A stretch of 64,000 nt of DNA from positions 4,154,001 through 4,218,000 of the forward strand of contig NC_086098.1 of the NCBI RefSeq assembly GCF_963921235.1, given 5' to 3'. The notes under the pieces were generated by a model that worked only from the letters and a program-made list of their open reading frames with translations, made no database searches and had not been told where the DNA came from. This stretch comes from Mobula hypostoma (Eukaryota). The translations under genes were made by a program, and so were the position numbers. Below are positions 39,201-51,400 of this stretch, in pieces. Position 1 is the stretch's first letter, and every line of letters begins with the position of its first letter.

Positions 39201-39904
39201 GATTCCCTAAAGGTTAACTTGTAAACTGAGTTGGTGGTAAGGAAGGCAAATGCAATGTTAACATTCATTTCAAGAGGACTAGGATATAAAAGCAAGGATG
39301 TAATGCTAGGGCTTTATAAGCTGTTGGTCAGACCTCACTGGAGTATTGCAAGCAGCTTAGTGCCCCTTATCTCAGAAAAGATGTGCTGGTATTGGAGAAG
39401 GTCAAGAGAAGGTTCATGAGAATAATTCCAGGAATGAAAGGGTTAATGTATGAGGAGCATTTGATGTACTCATTGGAGTTTAGGAGAATGAGGGGGACCT
39501 CATTGAAACCAGCTGAATATTGAAAGGCCTAGATACAGTCAACGTGGAGAGGATGTTTCCTATAGTGGGTGAGTTTAGTACCAGGGGGCACGGTAACTTA
39601 GAGCCACAGATTGATGAAGAAGTACAGCACAGAAACTGCCTACTCCTATCGATCTTCACTGGGACCATAGTCCTTCATACCCTACTCTCCATGTACCTAT
39701 CCAAACTTCCCTTAAACGTTGAAATCAAGCTTGCATGTACCACTTGTGCTGGCAGCTCTTTGCATGCTCTCACCACCCTCTGAGTCAAAAAGGTTCATTT
39801 TATTGTCCAAGAATGTATATACAATACAACTCTGATATCTGTCTACTCCAAATAGCCATTAAACACAGAAAGACCATGGGAGCTGATGAAGGAAAATGCA
39901 TCAA

Positions 39905-40215
39905 CTCCTCCCAAACAAGAGAATATCTGCAGATGCTGGAAGTCCAAGCAACACACACAAAACGCTGGGGGAGCTCAGCAGGCCAGCAGCATCTACGGAA
40001 AAGAGTACAGCCGACATTTCGGGCCGAGATCCTTCAACAGGACTGGAGAGAAACAGATGAGGACTCGGAGTTAGAAGGTGGGGGGGAGGGGAAGAAGAAA
40101 CACAAGGTGAAAGGTGAAGCTGGAAGGTGGGGAGGGGAGAAGTAAAGAGCTGACAGGTTGATTGGTGAAAGAGCTGGAGAAGGGGGCACCTAATACGAGA
40201 TGACAAAAAGCCGTG
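39905..40215 (-). mobile_element. PLE 3' end/terminal repeat with a mutated hammerhead
   Basis: Reverse complement of 40008-40045 is CAGTC CTGTTGA AGGATCTCGGCCC GAAA TGTC GGCTG; pyrimidine-rich UTR like 17520-17790. Confidence 0.8.
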
Positions 40216-41744
40216 GGAGAAAGAAAAAATCCTCCCCCAACTGGCATGAAAGAGAAAAGAAACAAAACTCGCAGACCCCAAAAATACCACCCTTCCCCGC
40301 AGCAAAAAAACAGCGACAATAGCAATCCCCGACCATCACTCACAGCAAAAAACAGCAACAGAAGTACTAAACCCCGAACCCCTCCTCCATATACAAAAAA
40401 TTAACAGATCACCTACCCGCCAGCCGACCACAAGAAAGAAAAGTCCGGAAAACTGAAGGAAACCAATATACAGTCCAATGATCACATAAGGCTCAGAATA
40501 TTGGAAACGTTTTTGTCTTCATACAAGGAGAGCAGTCGCACGAACTCAGTCCTTCCGTAAAGAGTGAAAAAGTTTCCCCTCATATTTCCGTTAAACTCCT
40601 TACCTTTCACCCTTAAACCATGACCCCTGGTTGGAGTCCCACTCAATCTCAGTGGAAAAAGCCTGCCTGTAATCACCCCTCATTAATTTTGTATACCTCT
40701 ATCAAATCTCATCTCAGTCTTCTAGGTTCTAAAGGATACAGTCCAAACCTATTCACTTGCTATGACTCAGGACCTCCAGACCCAGCATTCACTGAGGAAG
40801 GAGTTTGTTTAACCAGAGAGGAATGAATCTGTGTGATTCATTGTCACAGATGGCTGTAGAGACCAAGTCAGTTTGCATATTTAAAGTGGAGGTTGACAGG
40901 TTTTTGGTAAGTCAGGGTGTCAGAGGTTACAAGGAGAAGGCAGGAGAATGGGGTTGAGGGGGAAAAGAATCAGCCATGATGGAATGGTGGAGTAGACTCG
41001 ATGGGCCTGACGGCCGAATTCACCGCAAGGCCGAATTCTGCTCCTAAGTCTTATGATCGATGGTGCACAGTAAGTGTAATGGGGTGGGAATTGAACACTG
41101 ATCTTACACTGTGAAGCGTTATTCCAACCACTACACTACCATGCTGCCTAACTTTCTAGATTAGGGTTCAATAATTGCTGAGTCTTCATTCTGAGGGTAT
41201 AATCCTTCTCCAGCCACCAGACTTGATTGAGATTTTCAACGTGACATAATTTTTATTCTGGTTATAATAGTGATTTGTCTCCTTCATCATCAATTTCAGG
41301 ACTAATCCATCATCGGCGAGTAGATGATCAGTATCAGTAATCCATCATCAGTAAATTAGATTGCCAGCAACTGCAGTTTTTTTAATCTTCATCAGTAAAT
41401 CACTTTTTGATTAGTTTTATACCTTTACAATGTGGTTTTTTAAGTTATATATTATACTTATAACTGAGTAATATTTCACAGACTTACCCTTTGATCTGCA
41501 AATACCACATTAGCATTTTTAGTTTGTGGCAAGTTACTGTAGTGAAAAATGAAGTGATTCAACTTTAACTCATGAATCGCCATGACGATAGGGTCAAGGG
41601 TCAAGGGCCAGGGGTCAACTTTATTCAACATATACATTTACACCTATTAGGAATTTGCTGTCATGTGTTGGTCACAACATGTCACGCAACAAGAAACAAC
41701 ATTCCAACAAATATAAAAAATAAAGCTGAGAAAGTCTGCAGATG

Positions 41745-44700
41745 CAGATCGAAGATGCATTGCTTCGTGGATCCAGAACTGGCTTGCCCACAGAAGGCAA
41801 AGAGTGGTTGTAGACAGATCATATTCTGCATGGAGGTCAGTGACCAGTGGTGTGCCTCAGGGATCTGTTCTGGGGCCTTCACTCTTCGTGAATTTTATAA
41901 ATGACCTGGATGAGGAAGTGGAGGGATGGGTTAGTAAGTTTGCTGATGACACAAAGGTTGGGGGTGTTACAGATTCACCACCCTCTGGTTGAAGAAATTC
42001 CTCCTCACCTCTGTTCTAACAGGGCACCCTGCTATTCTGAGGCTGTGTCCTCTGGTCCTAAAATCTCCACCACAGGAAATATCCTCTCCACATCCACATC
42101 AATCAGATTCAACATTCGAAAGGTTTCAATTAGGTCACACCTCATTCTTCTGAATTCTAGTGAACACAGGCCCAGAGCCATACAACTCTCTTCATATGAC
42201 AAGCCTTTCAATGCTGCAATCATTTTCATGAACTTCCTTTGAACCCACCCCAGTGTCAACGTGTCCTTTCTAAGATAAGGGGCCCAAAACTGCTCACAAT
42301 ACTCCAAGTGAGGTCTCACAAGTGCTCTATAAATCCTCAGTTTTACAGCTTTTATATTCTAGCCCTCTTGAAATGAATGCTAACATCACATTTGCCTTCC
42401 TCATCACTGACTCAACCTGCAAACTAACCTTTAGGGAATCTCGCACAAGGACACCCAAGTCCGTTTGCATTTCAGATTTTTGAATTTTATCTCTATTTAG
42501 AAAATAGCCCACCCTTTCATTTCTTCTACCAAAGTGCATGACTATCCACTTACCAACACTATTCCATCTACCACTTTTTTTGCCCAGTCTCCTAATCTGT
42601 CAAAGTCCTTCTGTAGCCTCTCTACTTCCTCAAAACTACTTGCCCCTCCACTTATGTTCGTATCATTTGCAAACTTTGCAACAAAACCATCAATTCAGTC
42701 ATCCAAGTCGTTGGCATAAAAGATTCGGACCCAACACATTCCCTTGTGGAACACCACTAGTTACTGGCAGCCAACCAGAAAGGTTCCCTTTATTCCCACT
42801 CTTTACCTCCTGACAATGAGCCACTGCTTTATCCCTGCTGGGATCTTTCCTGTAATACCATGGGCTCGTGGCTTGTTAAGCAGCCTTATGTGTGGCACAT
42901 TGTAAAAGGCCCCCTGAAAATCCAAGTTGCAAGGGAAGATGAAAGGTCTGAAGGTAGGTAAATCACATGGACCAGATGGACTACACCCCAGTGTTGTGAA
43001 TGAGATAGTTAAAGAGATTGTGGAGGCATCCTCAAGTATCACTAGATTCTGGAATGGTTCCAGAAAACTGGAAAATTGCAAATGTCACATCACTCTTTAA
43101 GAAGGGAGAGAGGCAAAAGAAAGGAAACTATAGGCCAATTAGTCTGACCTCAGTGGTTGGGAAGATGTTGGAATCAATTGTTAAAGATGAAGTTTTGAGG
43201 CCCTTGGCAGCTGGGCGTCTGTGTTGGGATCGATTCTTTTTACGTTATATGTCAATGATTTGGATGATGGAATTGATGGCTTTGTGGTCTCACCTACAAA
43301 GATAGGTGGAGGGGCAGGTAGTGTGGATGAAGCAGAGAGGCGCTAGAAGGGTTCAGACAGATAACGAGAATGAGCAAAGAAGTAGTAGATGGAAACAGTG
43401 TAGTGTAGTGTATGGTCATGCATTGGGTTGAAGGAATGAAGCCATAAACTATTTTCTGAAAAGGGACAAAATTCAAAGATCAGAGGTACAAAAGAACTTG
43501 AGAGTCCTCGAGAGGGATTTCCTAAAAGCTAACTTGCAGGTTGAGTCGGTGGAAAGGAAGGCAATAGGAATGCTAGCATTCGGTGGAAAGGAAGGCAATA
43601 GGAATGCTAGCATTCATTTCAAGAAGACTAGAATATAATAGCAAGGATGTAGTGTTGAGACTTTATAAGGGATCGGTCGAACCGCACTTGGAGTATTATG
43701 AGCAGTATTGGGCCACTCATCTTAGAAAGGTGTTGGGCACGTGGCCAAATGATTAAGGCATTCGTCTAGTGATCTGAAGGTCACTAGTTCGAGCCTCAGC
43801 TGTGGCAGTGTGTTTGTGTCCTTGAGCAAGGCACTTAACCACACATTGCTCTCGTGTCTATGTGAGGAGTGGCGCCCCATACAGACTTCCAATCTGTGCC
43901 TTGTAAGGCATGAAAATACCCAACACAGGCCTCTCATGGTCTGAGTCAACGCTCCCTCCCCTAGCTTAGAAAGGGTGTGCTGGCATTGAAGAGCGTCAGA
44001 GGAGGTTCTTGAGAATGATTTGGGGAATGAAAGGGTTAACGTACAAGGAGTGTTTAATGGCTCTGAGTCTGTACTAGCTGGAGTTTAGAAGAATGAGGTG
44101 AGATCTCATTGAATCCTATTGAATATTGAAAGGTCCGGATCGAGGAGATGTAGAGAGGATGAGTTTAAAACCGGAGGGTACAGCCTCAGACTACAAGGAC
44201 ATCCATTTAGAACAGAGATGAGGAGGAATTTCTTTAGCCAGAGGAAGGGGAATCTGTTGAATTCATTGGCAATGGTGGCTGTGTAGACCAGGTCTTTGAG
44301 TATACTAAAAGCAAAGGTTGATAGGCTTTTGATTAGTCATGCATCAGAGGTAACGGGGAGAAGGCAAGAGAATGGGCAGAGAGAGATAATAAATCATCCT
44401 TGATGGAATAGTGGGGTAGACACAATGGGCCAAATGGCCTAAATTTGTTCCTATGTGTTATGGTCTTGTGGTCTAAAAAACAATTAATTAATTGATTAAT
44501 AAATTAATCAGTAAATAGATAAATAATTCAATAATATCAAGGATGTGATTTGTAGAATCATTGTAAATGATTCTATAGGTTGTTGAATCACTTCATTGTT
44601 GAGGTGAATGAAGATAATCATGCTGGTTTCGGAGCCTGATGTTTGTAGGGTAATAACTGTTTTTGAACCTGGTGATCTGAAACCTAAGATGTCTGTATGC

Positions 44701-45275
44701 CCTTCCCAATATCAGCAGCAAGAAGAGAGCATGGCCTCTGGTACAAGGTAAGGTGCCTTGTAGAGTCAGGGTTATTGAGCCCTTCGCCACAGAAACAGGC
44801 ACTTTATCCCACTTAGTCCATGTTGAACTGTTATTCTGCCTAGTCCATCAGCCTGGAGCGTAACCCTCCATCCACCCACCATCCATGTCCTTATCCAAAC
44901 TTGTCTAAATGTTGAAATCAGTCCCGCATCCACAACTTCCGCTGGCAGCTCATTCCACACTCTCTGAGTGAAGAAGTTCCCCTTAAATATTTCACCTTTC
45001 ATCCTTAACCTATAACCTCTAGTTGTAATATCACCTGATCTCATTGAAAACAGCCTGCTTGCATTTACCCTATCTATACCCTTCATAATTTTGTGTACCT
45101 GTATCAAATCTCCCTTTAATCTTCTACGCTCCATGGAATAAAGTCTTAATCCAATGAACTCCTCTCTATAGGTCAGGTCCTCAAGTCCCAACAATGTGCT
45201 TGAAAATTTTCTCAATACTCTTTCAGTCCTATTGGTACCTTTTTCCTGTAGGTAAGTGACCAGAACTGCCTGAAG
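41745..45275. mobile_element. Cluster of CR1 fragments in alternating orientation plus a Rex-like piece
   Basis: RT motifs on + (41745-41965, 42925-44475) and on - (41966-42925, 44775-45275); Rex-like remnant at 44480-44745. Confidence 0.8.
43735..43964 (+). mobile_element. tRNA-derived SINE, same head as 19259
   Basis: gtggccaaatgattaaggc...tagtgatctgaaggtcactagttcgagcctcagctg...gtgtccttgagcaaggcacttaacc; flanking duplication cttagaaagg (43721-43730, 43965-43974). Confidence 0.82.
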
Positions 45276-45859
45276 GCCAGTCGTGGAATTCTGATTTGGG
45301 TGAGGTTTATTAATGTCACATGCACTGAGATACAGGTTCTTAAGATTGTCATAACCATGCGTGGTAATGGGATAAGCTCCCACTACTTCTTAAATGCTTC
45401 CAATGGCATGCATCTCAAATAGCCTCAGACAAAAAGTCCAAGAACGACATTAGCACGGACAGGGCGTTGGCTGATTGGCAGGAGGAGATGTGAGGGAATA
45501 AAGGGAGCCTTTTCTGGTTGGCTAGTGGTGTTCCACAGGAGTCTGTGTTGGGACCGCTTCTTTTTACATTAGACAGTGTGTTAATAATTTGGATGACGGA
45601 ATAAATAGTTTTGTGGCCAAGCTTTCAGACATTGAGAGGCAGGTAATATTGAGGAAGCAGAGAGGCTACAGAAAGACTTAGATTAGGAGAATGGGCAAAG
45701 AAGTAGCAGATGGAATATAATCGCAAACAACAGGAATTCTGCAGATGCTGGAAATTCAAGCAACACACATCAAAGTTGCTGGTGAACGCAGCAGGCCAGG
45801 CAGCATCTGTAGGAGAGGTGCAGTCGACATTTCACGTACATCTGCTCTCCATCTCCCCC

Positions 45860-46510
45860 ATTTCACGTATATCTGCTCTCACTCCATCCTCCCACCACCC
45901 CACTAGGAATAGGGTTCCCCTGGTCCTCACCTACCACCCCACCAGCCTCTGGGTCCAACATATTATTCTCCGTAACTTCCGCCTCCTCCAACGGGATCCC
46001 ACCACTAAGCACATCTTTCCCTCCCCCGATCGCTCCCTACGCGACTCCCTTGTCCATTCATCCCCCCCATCCCTCCCCACTGATCTCCCTCCTGGCACTT
46101 ATCCGTGTAAGCGGAACAAGTGCTACACATGCCCTTACACTTCCTCCCTTACCACCATTCAGGGCCCCAAACAGTCCTTCCAGGTGAGGCAACACTTCAC
46201 CTGTGAGTCGACTGGGGTGATATACTGCGTCCGGTGCTCCCGATGTGGCCTTTTATATATTGGCGAGACCCGACGCAGACTGGGAGACCGCTTTGCTGAA
46301 CATCTACACTCTGTCCGCCAGAGAAAGCAGGATCTCCCAGTGGCCACACATTTTAATTCCACATCCCATTCCCATTCTGACATGTCTATCCACGGCCTCC
46401 TCTACTGTAAAGATGAAGCCACACTCAGGTTGGAGGAACAACACCTTATATTCCGTCTGGGTAGCCTCCAACCTGATGGCATGAACATTGACTTCTCTAA
46501 CTTCCGCTAA
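45860..46510 (+). CDS. C-terminal part of the PLE ORF: Cys linker plus GIY-YIG endonuclease (RT missing)
   Basis: RVPLVLTYHP, CKRNKCYTC, GVIYCVRCSRCGLLYIGETRRRLGDRFAEH, VATHFN, EEQHLIFRLGSLQPDGMN, open to the stop codon. The ORF-track Met at 45710 lies in host CR1, so expression is not implied. Confidence 0.85.
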   Translation: MSRISALTPSSHHPTRNRVPLVLTYHPTSLWVQHIILRNFRLLQRDPTTKHIFPSPDRSLRDSLVHSSPPSLPTDLPPGTYPCKRNKCYTCPYTSSLTTIQGPKQSFQVRQHFTCESTGVIYCVRCSRCGLLYIGETRRRLGDRFAEHLHSVRQRKQDLPVATHFNSTSHSHSDMSIHGLLYCKDEATLRLEEQHLIFRLGSLQPDGMNIDFSNFR

Positions 46511-46802
46511 GGCCCCACCTCCCCCTCGTACCCCATCTGTTACTTATTTTTATACACACATTCTTTCTCTCACTCTCCTTTTTCTCCCTCTGTCCCTCTG
46601 AATATACCTCTTGCCCATCCTCCGGGTCCCCCCCCCCTGTCTTTCTTCCCGGACCTCCTGTCCCATGATCCTCTCGTATCCCTTTTGCCAATCACCTGTC
46701 CAGCTCTTGGCTCTATCCCTCCCCCTCCTGTCTTCTCCTATCATTTTGGATCTCCCCCTCCCCCTCCAACTTTCAAATCCCTTACTCACTCTTCCTTCAG
46801 TT

Positions 46803-46838
46803 AGTCCTGACGAAGGGTCTCGGCCTGAAACGTCGACT
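46803..46838 (+). ncRNA. Minimal type I hammerhead ribozyme motif in the PLE terminal repeat
   Basis: AGUC-CUGACGA-A-GGGU(CUCG)GCCU-GAAA-CG-UC-GACU: helix I AGUC/GACU, intact core, palindromic ACGU in place of helix III, predicted cut after C46834. Confidence 0.8.
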
Positions 46839-48471
46839 GCACCTCTTCCTACAGATGCTGCCTGGCCTGCTGCGTTCACCAGCAACTTTGATGTGTGTTG
46901 CTTGAGATGGAATATAATGTTGGGAAGTGTATGCTCATGCATTTTGGTAGATGGAATGAAGGTAAATGGGTGGGGAGTGGAGTTAAAAATTCTGAGGTGC
47001 AAAGGGATTTGGGAATATTCATGCAGGGTTCCCTAAAAGTCAACTTGCTGGTTGAGTTGGTGTTAAGGAGGGCAAATATAATGTTAGCATTTATTTTGAG
47101 AGGGCTACAATATAAATGCAAGGATGTGATGCTGAGGCTTTATAAGGCACGGATGAGGCCTCACTTGAAATATTAAGAGCAGTTTTGGGCCCCTTATCTA
47201 AGAAAGGATGTGATGGGATTGGAGACAGTTCAGAGAGGATTCACAAGAATAATCCTGGGAATAATCAATCAGTCATGATGAAATGGTATTGCAGACATGA
47301 TGGGCCGAATGGCCCGGTTCTGCACCTATATATTGTGGTCTTATGGTCTATTTTTCTTTCATTTTTTCCTTTACTCCATGTTAGAAAGTTTATTATTTTC
47401 ACAGGTCTCGAAGCTTATGCAACAATAATAGCTTCTCTGAAGAAGTATCTCTCGAATGCCATTCATACAGATCATACAGTACACTGAGATACCACAAAGT
47501 AAAACAAAAACAGAATGCAGAATAAAGTGTAAAAGCTTGAGAGAAACTGCAGTGCAGGTGGACAATAGGTTGTAAAGTCATAACAAGGTAGATTGTGAGG
47601 TCAAGAGTCCACCTTATTGCATGAGGGAACTATTCAATAGTCCTTCTAACAGCAGAGTAGGAGGTGTCATTTCATGCTTTAAGAGCTATAGAACACTACA
47701 TCACAGCAACAGCCCTTCAGCCCATCTAGTCAATGACTAACCATTAATCTTCCTGGTCCCATTGATCTGCCCCTGGAGCATAGCTCTCCATACTCCTCCC
47801 ATCCATGTACCTATCCCAATTTATTTTAAATGTTGAAATTGAACTTGCATCCACTACATGCCTGGCAGCTCATTCCAGAATCTCACCACCCCCTCATGTT
47901 CCCTTAAACATTTAGCCTTTCACCCTTAACCCATGACCTTTAACTCTTGTCTCATCAAACCTCAGTGGAAAAAGCCTGCTTGCATTTATCCTATCTATAC
48001 CTCTCATAATTTTGTATATCTCTGTCAAATCTCCCCTCATTCTCCTACACTCCAGGGAAGAGTCCTAACCTATTCAACTTCTCTCTCAAACTTGGATCCT
48101 CAAATACCAGCAAAACCCTTGTGATTTTTTTCTGCACTCTTTCACTCTTATTTACATCTTTCCTGCAGGGAGGTGACTAAAACTGCACACAATACTCCAA
48201 ATGAGGCCTCACCAACATCTTATACAATTTCAACATAACATCCCAACTCCTGTACTCACTACTTTGATTTACCCTGTTACAGGAAGATACAAGCTCTGTA
48301 TTCTCGAGATTCCACTTTTGAAGGCCTTCCACTTTGCCAGAATACAAGTCCCAATCCACATTTGTCATATCCTTTCTGATATGATCAAAATTGGGCTTTC
48401 TCCAATTTAGAATCTTAACCTGAGGCCCAGACTATCCTTTTTCCATTATTACATCGAAATTAATTGCATTA

Positions 48472-51400
48472 TAGAAACACAGAAAACCTACAGCACAATA
48501 TAGGCCTTTCGGCCCACAAAGCTGTGACAAAATTGCCTAGGTTTACCCATAACCCTCTATTTTTGTAAGCTCCGTGTACCTATCCAGGAAACGTAGAAAA
48601 CCTACAGCATAATACAGGCCCTTCGGCCCACAAAGCTGTGCCGAACATGTCCTTACCTTAGAAATTACTAGGCTTACCCATAGCCCTCTATTTTTCTATG
48701 CTCCATATCCAAAAGTCTCTTATCTGCCTCCACCACCATTGCCGGCAGCCCATTCTACGCATTCACCACTCTCTGCGTAAAAAACTTACCCCTGACATCT
48801 CCTCTGTATCTACTCCCAAGCACCTTAAACCTGTGTCCTCTTGTGGCAGCTATTTCAGCCCTGGGAAAAAGCCTCTGACTATCCACACAATCAATGCCTC
48901 TCATCATCTTATACACCTCTATCAGGTCACTTCTCATCCTCCGTCGCTCCAAGGAGAAAAGGCCGAGTTCACCCAACCTGTTTTCATAAGGCATGCTCCC
49001 CAATCCAGGCAACATCCTTGTAAATCTCCTCTACACCCTTTCTATGGCTTCCACATCCTTCCGGTAGTGAGGCGACTGGAACTGAGCACAGTACTCCAAA
49101 TGGGGTCTGACCAGGATCCTATATAGCTGCAACAGTACCTCTCAACTCTTAAACTCAATCCCATGATTGACGAAGGCCAATGCACCGTATGCTTTCTTAA
49201 CCACAGAGTCAACCTGCGCAGCTGCTTTGAGCGTCCTATGGACTCAGACCCCAAGATCCCTCTGATCTTCCACACTGCCAAGAGTCTTACCATTAATACT
49301 ATATTCTGCCATCATATTTGACCTACCAAAATGAACCACTTCACACTTATCTGGGTTGAACTCCATCTGCCACTTCTCAGCCCAGTTTTGCATCCAATCA
49401 ACATCCTGCTGTAACCTCTGACGACCCTCCACACTATCCACAACGCTCCCAACCTTTGTGTCATCAGCAAATTTACTAACCCATCCCTCCACTTCCTCAT
49501 CCAGGTCATTTATAAAAATCACGGAGAGTAGGGGTCCCAAAACAGATCCTTGAGGCACACTACTGGTCACCGACTTCCATGCAGAATATGATCTGTCTAC
49601 AACCACTCTTTGCCATCTGTGGGCAAGCCAGTTCTGGATCCACAAAGCAACCTCCCCTTGGATCCCATGCCTCCTTACTTTCTCAATAAGCCTTGCATGG
49701 GGTACCCTGTCAAATGCCTTGCTGAAATCCATGTACTCTACATCTACTGCTCTACCTTCATCAATGTGTTTAGTCACATCCTCAAGAAATTCAATCAGGC
49801 TCGTAAGGCATGACCTGCCTTTAACAAAGCCATACTGACTATTCCTAATCATATTATGCCTCTCCAAATGTTCATAAATCCTGCCTCTCAGGATCTTCTC
49901 CATCAACTTACCAACCACTTAAGTAAAACTGACTGGTCAAGAATTTCCTGGGCTATCCCTACTCCCTTTCTTGAATAAGGAAACAACATCTGCAACCCTC
50001 CAATCCTCCAGAACCTCTCCCATCCCCATTGATGATGCAAAGATCATCGCCAGAGGCTCAGCAATCTCCTCCCTCACCTCCCACTGTAACCTGGGGTACA
50101 TCTCATCTGGTCTTGGAGACTTATCCAACTTGATGTTTTCCAAAAGCTCTAGCAGATCCCCTTTCTTAATATCTACATGCTCAAACTTTTCAGTCTGCTG
50201 TAAGTCATCCCTACAATCACCAAGATCCTTTTCCATAGTGAATACTGAAGCAAAGTATTTATTAAGTACCTCCGCTATTTCCTCCGGTTCCATACACACT
50301 TTTCCACTGTCACACTTGATTGGTCCTATTCTCTCATGAATTATCCTCTTGCTGTTCATATACTTGTAGAAAGCCTTGGGGTTTTACTTAATCCTGCCTG
50401 CCAAGGCCTTTTCATGGCCCCTTCTGGCTCTCCTAATTTCATTCTTATGCTCCTTCCTGTTAGCCTGATCATCTTCTAGATCTCCTTCATTACCTAGTTT
50501 TTTTGAACCTGTCATAAGCTTTTCTTTTCTTCTTGACTAGATTTTCAACAGCCTTTGTACACCACGGCTCCTGTACCCTACCATCCTTTCCCTGTCTCAT
50601 TGGAATGTACCTATGCAGAACTCCACACAAAAATCCTCTGAACATTTGCCACATTTCTCCGTACATTTCCCTGAGAACATCTGTTCCTAATTTATGCTTC
50701 CAAGTTCCTGCCTGATAGCATTATATTTCCCCTTACTCCAATTAAACACTTTCCTAACTTGTCTGTTCCTATCCCTCTCCAATGCTATGATAAAGGAGAT
50801 AGAACTGTGATCACTATCTCCAAAATGCTCTCCCACTGAGAGACCTGACACCTGACCAGGTTCATTTCCCAATACCAGATCAAGTACAGTCTCTCCTCTT
50901 GTAGGCTTATCTACATATTCTGTCAAGAGACCTTCCTGAACACACCTAACAAACTTCACCCCATCTAAACCCCTCGCTCTAGGGCGATACCAATCGATAT
51001 TTGGGAAATTAAAATTCTCCCTCCACGACAACCCTGTTATTATTACACTTTTCCAGAATTTGTCTCCCTATCTGCTCCTCGATGTCTTTCTTACTATTGG
51101 GTGGTCTATAAAAAACACCTAGTTCCTTTTCCTAATTTCCACCCACAGAGACTCCGTAGACAATCCCTCCATGTCTTCCTTCTTTTCTACGGCCGTGACG
51201 TTACCTCTGATCAACAGTTCCACGTCCCCATCCTCTTTTGCCTCCCTCCCTATCCTTTCTGAAACATCTAAAGCCTGGCACTGGAAGTAACCACTCCTGC
51301 CCCTTAGCCATCCAAGTCTCTGTAATGGCCACAACATCATAGCTCCAAGTACTGATCTACACTCTAAACTCATCCACTTTGTTAACAATACTCCTTACAT

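Larger units (their letters stand above)
45722..46904 (+). mobile_element. Young 5'-truncated Penelope-like element with inverted terminal repeat, inserted in a CR1 RT
   Basis: 45757-45833 is the reverse complement of 46827-46905; TSD agatggaatataat at 45708-45721 and 46905-46918; the host frame (K.QMEYNVGK) rejoins. Confidence 0.93.

Noticed and set aside
45710..45860. N-terminal part of the 266-aa ORF as a novel fusion protein
   Set aside because: Chance read-through of host CR1, the TSD and the inverted terminal repeat
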